A stretch of DNA of 63,781 nt, the filler included, from Octopus bimaculoides (taxonomy: Eukaryota), in the NCBI RefSeq assembly GCF_001194135.2. It is 5 parts of 4 records of this genome, joined end to end, with 100 filler letters (N's around TTAATTAATTAA, not from the genome) between each part and the next. Parts side by side here need not be neighbours in the genome. Positions count along the whole stretch, not along the records: positions 35,290 to 53,918 come from NC_068994.1; positions 54,019 to 57,899 come from NC_068989.1; positions 58,000 to 63,781 come from NC_068986.1; 2 more parts are not named here. One strand, written 5' to 3'. Shown one piece after another: positions 48,721-61,040 of the stretch (the first letter of the stretch is position 1; each line of letters begins with the position of its first letter). The notes beneath the pieces were generated by a model. It searched no databases. It was not told where the DNA came from and worked only from the letters and a program-made list of their open reading frames with translations. Position numbers and translations under genes: made by a program.

Positions 48721-49887
48721 GGCACTGATATTCGCAATAATTAATTCTAAAGTAGAATATCGTAGTAAGAGTAACAAATTCTTAAAATTTATGTATTTTT
48801 AAATTAAACTCGCAAGAGATTTCAGCTCAAGCAATTTTTTTTCAATTTCTTCAAAGTTATGCTTTTTTAATTAAACACAAAATGATTTCAGTATAAACTT
48901 TGTTCAAAGAGTAAGAAAAATTATTCAGTGAAAGTTCTCACCTGAAAAATCCTTTCTGAATGTATATTTTCGGAAATTTCAAATTGTTTTTCCTTTTTCG
49001 CGAATAATAATCCTCTGACTAGTAGAAATAAAATGACTTTTTAATGTCCGTCTCTGTTCATATATATACGCGTGTAGTGATGCGTTTACTACCATAAATC
49101 TTTAACTACAGCAACAATTCTTCACATACTTTTCAACAGCGACAACGACAATCACCAGCATCACCGCCGCCGTCGCCACCACGACCACCACCACCACAAC
49201 AACAACAACAACTGACCCAGCGTCAGCCATTCCTTAATTCAACCCACAGTTGATGACCGGATCAGCAACCAATTCTGCGACAACAATTGCAGCTACAACA
49301 AACATTTTAACCAGCTCTAATTTACCCACGTTTTCATATCAATAACTACTAAATCAAAAGAAATTCAATTTATTGCATCTTTAACGACTTCAGATATTGC
49401 TTATGAGAAAAAAGAAGGCGGGGTGTGAGATTCTAACTGGGGGTGCTGAGCACAAAATAGCCTCCCCACCCCCCACGCCCCGTGGAGACATACAAGGAAA
49501 TCGAACGAAAACAAATATGGAGAGGGTCGTTAGACCAGAACGAAAGTAAAATAGCGAACGCTGGAGAAATATTTTCTTTGACAAGAGAAATGATAGAAGA
49601 GAGAGATAGGATATGTCTAGTCCTTCGAACAGCCCTGAAAGAAAAGAAAGATGATCACGTGAGGAAAACAAAGATGGACAATGGTCACGTGTGAGCAACG
49701 AGAGAGAGAGTAAAAGAGAAAGAGAGAGAGACATAGAAAATGGAGAAGGGGAGAAAAAAGGAATTAGAGAAAGGATGAGAGAAAAAACGATAGAGGGAGA
49801 TAACAGTATAGAGTAGAATCGCATCAAAAAGATTAAGATAAATTTACTTGGAAATGGATACGTGGCATTCAATCAAATAATAATATA

Positions 49888-49939
<52 letters not shown>

Positions 49940-49941
<2 letters not shown>

Positions 49942-52030
49942 TTACGGAAACTAACACCCTCACCTATCTTGGATGCTCTTCATCATGGAAATCTAGATTT
50001 TATAACCACAGATCTTCGTTTAGACTCAGACATAAGGCTAATAACACATCATTATCTCGTAGAATGTGGAAGCTTAAAGACGATAACATTAATTTTAGCC
50101 TTAGATGGTCCATAGTTGGATCGGCCCCAACGTATAAAGATAATAGAACTGGTTGCCAGTTATGCTCCCTAGGAGTATTGAAAATTATTAGATCCCCCGA
50201 TAAGAATAAGCTAGTTAATAAGAGATCAGATTTCAAACCTTCCTGTATACATAAAATGATTAAAACCTTTAGACATCATAATCCCTAAGTCCTCTCTTTT
50301 TAGTTATAAGCACTTCTAAACCTTCTCTCATTAGCAGCTCCCACGTCAGATCCTGCTTGCCACAATTCAGACATGGAATTAACGAAGCCCGTACTCTACC
50401 CACAACTTAACTATGTACCTTAATAATTCAGTTTACCCTCGAATAGCTAGATTCTGACCACATAATATACACACATATTTAATAACCTGGGATCCATAAT
50501 CTCACCTTTACAGAAAAATTTCTAAACCTTTCAGTCACTGACTCGAAGCTTTCGAATGACACAAAATACACAAAAGTAACATAAAATAACACTAATCACT
50601 ACAATGTTTTATTATAATAATATTATACTAGTAACAATTAGGAGATGAAAACCCAGGCTTCTCTATATTTATACACCAATACCCATTGATTAAAACACGA
50701 GTATAGTAATAGTTCACTATGCAATATAATTTACACTAATAGATAAACCGTAACTTCCTCTACCACAATATTCTTCTCATCATTGTACCGTTTCAAACCT
50801 CTATGTTTCTTTATATTCTTTATTTTTTGCATTATTGTTGTGGGTGTTATTATTTCTTATCACCATTACATTATGTAATACAATATTACTATTATACTAT
50901 ATTACTAAGGTTGAAGTGTTCCCAATACTCTGTATTTTGAATTTTAACGTCCAACCCTAGTTTTTTTCCCCTTTATAACCTTTTGTTGAGATTTTCTAAT
51001 TATTCATTGTTTTGGGTTTTATATGTTCTAATTACCATTTTCCGCTTCCATCACCCTTTTATCCTCTAGATAAGTGTATGTACCAATATAATAGATAAGT
51101 TCGTATACTTAAGTTGTAGTTCGCCTAAACTAACCACTCACCACAAGAATATCATATTTGAAGTTTACTTTAGCCTGACGTTATTTATTTATGACTCACC
51201 ACTGGTCTGGGCCGACACAGCATCATTGTATGTCTGTCATTTGCGACCTTTAAAGTCTCTTTATCTCCTTATCTATCTTTATTGTCTTCTTTTTCTACCT
51301 TTAGGTTTTTTTTTCTTATCCCCCTGCCTTTTAACTCTGTTATTTTATTCATTTAATTTTATGTTTCACCACCCTCCTCCAACCCTTCTAAATAGCTTAT
51401 ATGTATCTTACTTTACTATCCGGACTTTCTCTTATTGTTTCTTAGATTACCCTCCCCCCCCGATTTGACTTCTATTATTTTTGTATTAATATCTGTGTAC
51501 TTTTCTTCTTAATATTTTATATTGTTTTAACCGCCAACTTCTTCCTCCTTTGGACACTCTCCTTCTAGCTCATATAAGCTAGTATTGTTTATGTAGCATT
51601 CACTCTACTCTGAATTGTGGCACAATAGGGACAGATATCGGAGTACCGATGAACTTTTTTGTAAATATATCAACTTAAAGATATTGCAAGGTATATTACA
51701 ATGCATATCACAATGGACAAAACCAAGTGAACTCTCACCTTTTATCTCTCATGTTTCTCCCTCTTTTACTTTTTACTTTGTTCCTGGTGACTTCTTTCTG
51801 ATATAATACTTGGGTAAGAATATATTTGCGGCTGAAGATAGCTTTATACCATCTTGTATACCGATGATGCAACGACTATAAAGCTTGAAACACGTGTACC
51901 GCGGAATCCTTTGTGTTTTGTTTTTATTTTTACGTTTTTTACGTTTTTAATTTATCCTTTCACCCCGGCCACGATCTGGCATACACAGGTGCTTACAATT
52001 ATCAAGTATTACCTCTAACATTTACTTTAC
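49940..52030 (+). mobile_element. 5-prime truncated Penelope-like element: GIY-YIG C-terminus plus ~1.7-kb 3-prime region, between (TA)n tracts
   Basis: TYLGCSSSWKSRFYNHRSSF...WKLK...WSI...CQLC...LVNKRSDFKPSCIH; hammerhead near the 3-prime end. Assigning the whole 3-prime region to this element is an inference. Confidence 0.7.
51824..51906 (+). ncRNA. Type I hammerhead ribozyme
   Basis: GCGG CTGAAGA T-AGCTTTATA..TATAAAGCT-T GAAAC ACGT GTA^CCGC: 9-bp perfect stem II, palindromic loop III, GUA triplet. Confidence 0.75.
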
Positions 52031-52057
52031 CTATATATATATATATATATATATATA

Positions 52058-52500
52058 GTATAAATTCCGTTCTGTGTGTGTAAAAGATTATAGCTGCCGT
52101 ATTTTTCAACTGATTTTCTCCGAACTGGGAACATACATTATGTTCCAGGGATGGTTTTGGAGTCTTAAAATTTTTCACATAATGAGTAACGGGTCCCCTT
52201 GAGGGCAGAAAACAACCGTTCCTGGGTTACGTGAAGAAGAGAGGTAACTCTGTGCGGAGTAACTTTCAGAAATTGATTGTCTCCCTTGATCATAAAAAAT
52301 ATACAAAATATTGCTTTTTTATATTAGATTCACGTCTTTGAAAGTTTTTAAAATATTTACTTCCGGTTTTCTAGCATTAGTGACGTCTATATCTCTCTCT
52401 ATTCATATCTCTCTATCCATCTCTCTCTGTCTATCTCTATCTCTATTTATCTCTCTGTATCTTTCTGTCTATATCTTATCTATCTATCTCTATTGGTATT
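52058..52500 (+). mobile_element. Helitron 5-prime arm (same family as 42700-43110)
   Basis: Collinear with the reverse complement of 42700-43110. Confidence 0.7.
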
Positions 52501-52689
52501 ACAGTTAGTTGAATCGTGGTTCTAAAGTGTTTATTTATATTACAATTAATTGTAGCAGATCTGTTTATATTTTACTGTATGGAGTACATTATTTATTCAG
52601 AGGTATTTCACTTATTTTGGGTTTATACCCTTAATTAATATTATTGTTGTTATTATTAGTATTATTTGCATAAATATCATTAATTATCC

Positions 52690-53035
52690 AAGCATTATTT
52701 TAAGAAGTATAATTACAACAAATGGCAAGTTATGTTTATTTGAATCGTTTAAACGTACATTTTGTCCAGTGTGGGCATCTCATAGCCTGTTCTTGTCAGG
52801 TGTTTATAAGAGTAAATTTAGAAGTTAAAATTTGGTACATTTCTTCCACCCAAAAGTCATACCTATTATATAAGGCCTTACTAATTATTTCCCAAGTAAT
52901 CGAAAATACCTTGTTACTATCTTTTAGTGCCCAAATTAGCTTACTAAGATTGGTTGTATTCATTTTGTTCCAATTTTTAAACGAACTTCCTATATAGAAG
53001 TACTCCCCATTCTGTTTCTTGCACAATCGCATTTA
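52690..53035 (-). mobile_element. Penelope-like GIY-YIG C-terminal fragment
   Basis: YIGSSFK..TNLSKLIWALKD..WEII..LINT..MRCPH. Confidence 0.7.
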
Positions 53036-53139
53036 ATATATATATTTTTTTATTTGTGAATTAAGGCTACTATTGGTTTCATGTTAAGAAAAGTAGGAAA
53101 ATATCCTAGTATCTTAACAATTTGTTAAGCCAATCACAT

Positions 53140-53420
53140 GAAGAAAGTTGTTCGCCTCCATTCCACCAATGCGGTGTTGAGAACTCATTTTCATCGTTCG
53201 ACATTTACATATCAGAGTTTCCGATGTCAACAAACATCGGTTAAGCATTAAAAACGAACAGAGAATCAAAACAAACCATGGAAAAACACGAAATAATGAC
53301 AACACGGAAAAGTATTTCTATTACACCAAAGGAAGTATACATCAAACATCTTAACGACAAAGCAGGAAATGTTCTGAGGAGAATGAAATGGAAGGTCAAT
53401 TTTTTCGATAAAGTTGACGC
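53140..53420 (+). mobile_element. Penelope-like ORF N-terminal fragment
   Basis: RKSISITPKEVYIKHLNDKAGNVLRRMKWKVNFF resembles the PLE N-terminal KNIP..Y...L..K.....RMRWKA.FF motif. Confidence 0.6.
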
Positions 53421-54322
53421 TCGGGAAAGTAAGAAAGTCTTTTACGTTTCGAGCCTACGCTTTTCAACAGAAAGGAACACGACGAAATAAATACAGAGAG
53501 AGGATAAAAAAAACTTTTAGAGTTAGCGGTCAGTCATGGTGACTGGCTGCACAAACTTAGTTAGACAGGAGAGCTAGGAAGGGAGGGAGTCAATAAAGTA
53601 TTGGTGATCTCAAAATAAAGGTGCGCGTGCGTGTTTGTAAGTGAGAGTGTGTGTGTGCGTATAGATAGGGGCTGGTGACTTTGAGGTGTGGCTGTGTGCG
53701 TGTGTGCGTCTGTAATTGTCGGTGTGTGTATGATGGTGTGGGCGCTGGGAAGTAGTCAGTGCTAGTGTGTGCGGGATGATGTAATGTGGTGTGGAGTGGC
53801 GGTATTGGTGTGTAGGGATGTGAGGGTGGGGTGTGGGTTTGGGGTGAGGTGTGTGGGAGTGGGATGTGTGGGGTTGGGTTGTGGATGAAGGGTATCACTG
53901 AAGGGAGAAGGTGGGTAGNNNNNNNNNNNNNNNNNNNNNNNNNNNNNNNNNNNNNNNNNNNNTTAATTAATTAANNNNNNNNNNNNNNNNNNNNNNNNNN
54001 NNNNNNNNNNNNNNNNNNTATATATATATATATATATATGCACACACACATACACACGTGCATACACACAGACACACGCACACGTGTATGTGCATGTGTG
54101 ACATGTTTGTCGGGCCGATGAGGGCCATCTAGTCACCCTTCTAGATTACTGATGATTGATTAAACTGAACAAAATAAAGAAGAGTTGTGCACCATTGGTA
54201 TCACTCTGTTGTCCGCAATCGTCTTCAATTCAGTGGCAAGACCAAGTCAAAACGACCAGGGATGTAAAGAGACACATTGGTCGATCAAGATGTGTTACTT
54301 GCCTCATCTTGTTGTTATTGTT

Positions 54323-54652
54323 GGCACTCCGTCGCTCACGACGTCGAGGGTTCCAGTTGATCCGATCAACGGAACTGCCTGCTTGTGAAATTAACGTGCA
54401 AGTGGCTGAGCACTCCACAGATACATGTACCCTTATTGTAGTTCTCGGGGATATTCAGCGTGACACAGTGTGACAAGGCTGACCCTTTGAATTACCGGCA
54501 CAACAGAAACAGGAAGAAAGAGTGAGAGAAAGTTGTGGTGAATGAGTACAGCAGGGTTCGCCACTATCCCCTGCCGGAGCCTCTTGAAGCTTTAGGTGTT
54601 TTCGCTCAATAAACACTCACAACGCCCGGTCTGGGAATCGAAACCGCGATCC
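54323..54652 (-). mobile_element. SINE family A, head truncated
   Basis: Matches 21455-21899. Confidence 0.85.
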
Positions 54653-55167
54653 CATTCGCCTTCTTTTCCGCCGAATTATGAATGTTTCTTCCGTAAAATC
54701 TGAACAATTTCGTTTTATATTTGCCATTTATTGGTTTTTAGTCTTAAATTTATGCCTGAAAATCGTTGAAGTATTACTAAAGAACATGTATAAATACAAA
54801 GGAAATGTGTTTATGGCGCAGCTTATTTCTGTATTCATTGACATATAAAATCAATGAAACGTTTAGGTGCGTAGAAGTTGAATATGAATGCATGAAGTTT
54901 GAACTCAATGAAGAAAGAAAAAAAAGAGAGAGAGAAAGAGAAAGGAAAGAAGATAGAAAAATAGAAAGGAAAAAAACGAATGAAAGAATGTGGGAGAGAG
55001 AAATTAGCAAGCTACCAAGATAGATAGATAACTTTCTTTTATTAGCCACACAGGACTGCACACAGAGGGAACAAATACAACTGTAGAGCTTTTCTTTAAA
55101 AATAAAAAAGAAAATAAAAGAAAATTTTTTTAAAAAATCCGATCAAAAGGGATCGGTAGGGGCAAAA

Positions 55168-55229
<62 letters not shown>

Positions 55230-55808
55230 GGATAGATAGATAGACAGATAGATAGAAAGGATCAAAGGAAGAAAGATCGGATTAATATGTATGATGTATT
55301 TAAGGGATAATATAAAATTAAAAGAGAAGAAAAGAAATATATGAATCCAGAGCTAATCCTTGTTAAGTTGTCTTAGCATGGTTTCCAGGTAAGCAATACT
55401 TAAACAGGACACAAGCTAAAGAAAGACTTGCGAATAACGTTAGACGTCGATATACTGAACGCTTTAAAGGAGGATAAAATCCATGTCTCGGACGATGGTC
55501 CTTTCTCAAAGCAAGAAGTAGAGGGGAAGGAATGGACATGAAAAATAAGGAAACAGTGAATTTAGTTATTCAACGATGCAGGAAGCTCGATCAGTAGGCA
55601 AGAAATAGAGATGTTTTTAACAGAGATTAATGGAAGTAAGCTTTACAAGCGGCTATGATAGAAGGTAGGTTGGTGAAGAAAAGTGTGCGTAAAGTATGTT
55701 CATGTGTATGCATGCGTGTATGTAGCATAAAGTAACGTAGCGGGATAAAATATTTGCAAGATACTTTTAGCTGAATGTTATTAGGTAAGATGTGTATCTT
55801 TTGTCTTG

Positions 55809-56215
55809 TACTTGTTTCAGTCATTAGACTACGGCCGTGCTGGGGCACCGCCTTGAAGAATCTTTAGTCGAATGAATCAACCCCAGTACTTGTTCTTTTG
55901 TTAAGTCGGGTACTTATTCCATCGCGTCTTTTGCCAAAACGCTTAGTTATAGAGACGTAAACACACCAACACTGGTTGTCAAACGGTGGCTGGGAACAAG
56001 GAAAATACACGCATACACTCACATACACACACACACGCACACATATATGCACGACGGGATTCTTTCAGTTTCCGTCTATCAAATTCACTTACAAGGCTTT
56101 GGTCAACCCGAGGCTATAGTAGAAGAAACTCTTCTCAAGGTGCCATGCAGTGGGACTGAACCTGGAACCATGTGGTTGGGATGCAAGCTTCTTTACACAC
56201 AGCTACGCCTGCGCC
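55809..56215 (-). mobile_element. CORE-type SINE family C, full length
   Basis: Head GGCGCAGGCGTAGCTGTGTG..GGTTCAGTCCC plus CORE-like domain and tail. Confidence 0.85.
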
Positions 56216-57575
56216 TATAAAAGTTAAGAAATAGTCTTATGTGAATAAAGTGGGAGGGTGTGCATTTGGGTAGAGCGAAAAATACAACTTTCGAAATTGG
56301 TAACCAAGTATCGATATTTTATTGCGAATTAGGGTTAAAAGAAAGGTGGATAAAGAACTTTGTGGTTCAATATTTTTTCAAGCTCCGCTACGCAATTGAA
56401 AATTTTTTAAATCACTATTTTTGGTTGAATTTTGTATTTCACAGATTATAAGTCATAAAAGTTGCTTTTTTACAAGTCTGTCTGATAATTCCGTCTTGTT
56501 TTCAGTTATAATGTACCCAATACTGTTTCTCTTTTACAGTAGTGTGTAATTTCAAGACAGTCGGTTATATTTTTAGCTCTCAGTTGAACGACTCAGTAGA
56601 AAGTCTCCCGTTGACTCGTAGTTCTAATTGTTGTTGTTCTTGTTGTTGTTGTTTTGCCCTTATTGAGAAGATCTATAAAAACTCTTGTTCTAGCCATGAC
56701 CATCCCATTTATTCCCAGTCTTAGTTTATCAAGAACTGCATCATATTCAATGTGTAATTATTATTTACTTTTGTTCCATTGGAATTTGAAAGAAGTTTTA
56801 TTTGGTGCCTTGTTCTAAACATATAAATCATTAATACTGCTATTATTACTTCTGTATTTAAATAGCAGTATAAATAGCAGTATTTTGGATTAATACTGCT
56901 TCAGTTGCAAATAATTATTTTTTAAATAATCCTGCAGTCTATTTACATCAGTAGCTGAAACGTCACTCGGATTCTATATATCGTAGGCAGTGAGAGTTGA
57001 CTGGTATGGGGCTAACGGACAGCTCTCACTGAGGGGACACAGTACGTTGAAATCTCGTGATCTGGCCGTTCCGACACCCGTAGATGACGGTTCCCGTCTG
57101 CCAACGATATAGATATATTTGCTTTTATGTACCATGCGTACATATAAGAAGTCCTTTCAAGGTAAATACTGCAATATTCTGCGCTCTAACAAAACATCAA
57201 CGTTAACTTGAATATAAAGATTATCTTTTAACAAACTAACATTAATCATTAAGAGAAGCACATCGCTCCATATATAAGTTTTCGCTTGTGAGAGATTTAT
57301 TATTCACTTATCCGGAATTTGAAGTAGTAGAATCGGTAGAATATGAATTATACATAAATTAACAAAACAAAAGAAGCAGGTGATACGTGGACTATAATAC
57401 CAGACTTCGTCTAGGTGTCTTTTCTTACATATTCGAATTCAAAAGGTGTCATAAATTCGGTTGATTCCTATAGCAATATAAATGATAAATTGCATACATA
57501 AATATGTGCGTGTTTGTACTTACGCGCTTGTGCGTGTTTGTATGTTAAACAAGCACAGACACACCCACACAAACA

Positions 57576-57622
<47 letters not shown>

Positions 57623-57999
57623 ACACACAACAGTGATGGAAGTCAAATTACTTGAATTTGGTAATTAATTCTGTTTTGCAATTAAAGACGTTTCCATGAA
57701 TTCATTTCCTCTAAGGCATTCGAACATTATCTAAAACCTAATAGTACTTCCGGTTTTATATTTTACAAAAATACCATATATTTCTTGAGGAATGTTTAGG
57801 TAATTAAATTTGCCCTCTTGTCTTCGATATCGACCTGAAATTACAGGGACAGACAGCAAGAAGAACGGCGAAATTGAATCTAGTAAAATTTAAATATCAN
57901 NNNNNNNNNNNNNNNNNNNNNNNNNNNNNNNNNNNNNNNNNNNTTAATTAATTAANNNNNNNNNNNNNNNNNNNNNNNNNNNNNNNNNNNNNNNNNNNN

Positions 58000-58130
58000 A
58001 GCAAAATGATGAAGTAATATTGTTCCATTCATTTTTCAATAATTTCCAGAATTCATCTTGGTTCTTTGGGTTTCTCCTTCGAGCCCCATCTCCAATAATC
58101 TTCCAAACTTGGAGTAAGACATGCTTTTCA
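58000..58130 (-). mobile_element. Tc1 transposase C-terminal fragment
   Basis: VWKIIGDGARRRNPKNQDEFWKLLKNEWNNI. Confidence 0.55.
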
Positions 58131-58299
58131 TTATAAACCAGTAATGGTTGTCTGGTTGATCCTGAAAATACGTTTGAAATTTTGAAGTTTGTATTTCTCT
58201 GAATGGAGGCATGTTCGAAAAATTTCTTTCCTCTTATTTAAGATGTGGCTGAGGATTTCTTTAGTTTTTTAAACGCACCTATCTAACGAACTTCCACCA

Positions 58300-58575
58300 A
58301 CTACTCTGCCTACATATCTGTGCACACCTTTCAATGCCGTGTATGCCATAAAGTCTGCAAGCCTAACGAAGGCCTCAAAAGATATCTTAAGATCCACAAA
58401 GATCAGAACTTAACTGCAGTTCTTGGTGGTCCGAATCAAATATTCAATTTATGCGGGTGTCTTTCCAATGCATTGTCTAGTTTAAAAAGCCACATCAGAC
58501 GCCATGATGGATCTAAGATGTAAGTACAGGAGGTGGTCAGATTCTGCATAAGGAGTAGACAACCATCATATAGTA
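58300..58575 (+). mobile_element. Probable RTE-type LINE 3-prime end with two degenerate C2H2 fingers
   Basis: FQCRVCHKVCKPNEGLKRYLKIH and NLCGCLSNALSSLKSHIRRH; no TGEKP linker; RTE-like 3-prime tail follows. Confidence 0.5.
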
Positions 58576-59739
58576 AAAGAGTCGTACATAATTTAGATAT
58601 TACTCTTTCTTTTAGCCCCCTTCACTCTTTCTTCGTCTTTTCCACTTTTCTTTTTCTCGCTCTCCCTCTCTCACATTTCTTGCCTTCCCTTCATTCTCAT
58701 CACTTTCCCTCTTCCTTTACCTCACTCTGTCCCTTTCCTTTTTTTTTCTCTCTTTCTTGTCCCTCCCTAATTCTTCAATTTTTCTTCCCTTAACTCTCTC
58801 CTCTCCTTTCACGTGACCGGTGTTCCGCCAAGCCTGACCTTTCTTGGTTCGACTACTATCCGTGTAGCATCTCTTACATTTCTTCCCATGACTCTAATCT
58901 CTTGTGTTCCTGCCATAAGGCTTTACTTCCACACACGCCAGCCTAATTTAATTCGTCCTTAGTCGAAAGACATCTGTTTTTAATATCCTGTTGTTTGTAT
59001 TTGTAATTGTGCACCATTTCTCCGTTCTTTTTCGTCCTTGTTTTCGTATACGTTCGCTTGCTTTCTTCCAAAGAATCTAGTTATCTTAGCTTAAATTTTC
59101 TTGGGGCCGGCCAGATTGGAACAGTCTCGAGTGTAACCGACCGAAACTGCAACGACGATCTGGAACTCGACTGACGATAAAAAGCTCCGAATGACCTGTC
59201 CTTGTTTTTTCCTGTCCTTTTTTTGTTTCACCTGTCCAGATTTTTTGTTGTCGCCTGTTACGTTCTTGTTCCATTTCTTATTTTGTTTATNNNNNNNNNN
59301 NNNNNNNNNNNNNNNNNNNNNNNNNNNNNNNNNNNNNNNNNNNNNNNNNNNNNNNNNNNNNNNNNNNNNNNNNNNNNNNNNNNNNNNNNNNNNNNNNNNN
59401 NNNNNNNNNNNNNNNNNNNNNNNNNNNNNNNNNNNNNNNNNNNNNNNNNNNNNNNNNNNNNNNNNNNNNNNNNNNNNNNNNNNNNNNNNNNNNNNNNNNN
59501 NNNNNNNNNNNNNNNNNNNNNNNNNNNNNNNNNNNNNNNNNNNNNNNNNNNNNNNNNNNNNNNNNNNNNNNNNNNNNNNNNNNNNNNNNNNNNNNNNNNN
59601 NNNNGGAAGAAAGTTGACATTTTGCATCCATCAGAAAAACGGTGAAAAGATAACACGTGCGTAGTTTCCTGCGTTTATTCAGCTAATATTTTATACTTTT
59701 TCAAATTACAGAACATCCTTTTTTGTTCATTGTATGGCC

Positions 59740-60830
59740 AATAGATTAATTCTAGTTCTGTCTCAAGCGGCTGCAAATATTCAAGAACGAGATATTTTTT
59801 TTTTTTCACAAAGTTTTTTTTTTTCGTTATTTCTTTGTAAATCGACCAAACGCGTGCATCCATTAGATACTGAAATTAAAAAGCATTTTCAAAAAATGGT
59901 GCCAACTCGCTGGAACTTGAACCATTCGTTGGTAGAAGCAGTTCGTGAATATCATGGGCAACTTGCTGATTTATTCCTAAACATCATTGATTATTCAAGT
60001 AAATGGGTCATGGAAAGCTATACCTAGGCTCAGGCGTTGTATTCTAATTTACAAAATTGTGAATTCAGTTTTTTTGTTAAATGTGTTTGGAGATGTTTTT
60101 ATTTACATAAGTGCAGCAATTGACATCCTCCAGAAAAAAAAAAACATCTGACATATCCTAGTGTATTCGTAAAGTAAATGAAATTGTGAAAGTTTTGAAA
60201 GAAAAAAAGCATGATTTTCTAAATTTTGGGATAACGTTGATGGTATTTATCCTCAAATGAAGAAAATAAGAAATGCGTTTGAAAGAGAAGAAAGATACAG
60301 AGAGCTGTTCTACAAAATTATAGATTTAATTTGCGAGCAAATTGAGATACGATTTCAAACTTTTAATGAATTACATTTTTCAGCACTTCTCGATCCAATG
60401 AGACGAAATAACGACGTCCAGGAAACATATCTAACTTGCTTTAAGCATTTTTATGGAGACCATTTCGACAGCTAAAAGTTAAGAAGCGAACTTACTGCTT
60501 TGTATAAAGATGCTGAATTAAAAGGAAAATCCGTTCAAGATTCACTTTATGCATAATAGTGGATTAGATGAAACTTTGCTCCAGTTAACGACGCTTTGTG
60601 AACTAATATCATTAACACTACAAGCAACAAATGCTACAGTGGAACGCTCCTTTTCATACCTAAGGAGAATTCATAATTATACAAGAAATTCGCAGGGACA
60701 AGAAAGGTTGAGCAGTTTAGCTCTAATTTGCATAGAAAAAGCCGTTTTAAAAGCATTAAGAACAATACCTTCTACAATGATGTTATCCACAATTTCAACA
60801 AGAAAGAGAGAAGGATTGAATTAACATTTA
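59740..60830 (+). pseudogene. hAT transposase C-terminal half, disrupted
   Basis: PTRWN motif; dimerisation domain TNATVERSFSYLRRIHNYTRNSQGQERLSSLALICIEK. Confidence 0.8.
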
Positions 60831-60992
60831 AATGAAATAGGTAAGTTTTAGTTGTGAATTTTTTTTAATTTTAAAGATAGCTGCGTAATATGAACATGTC
60901 AATTTGATTCAAATATCTATGTAACAGAAAATTTTGATCATTGCTTCCCCATGACTAAAGGAAAAATGTTCAATAGATAACGTAAAAATATG

Positions 60993-61040
<48 letters not shown>

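Noticed and set aside
46462-49892. ~48-bp direct repeat (TACTTGGAAATGGAT..) bracketing the LTR/hAT block
   Set aside because: Too short, both next to (TA)n, and no TSD; most likely two copies of a small dispersed repeat.
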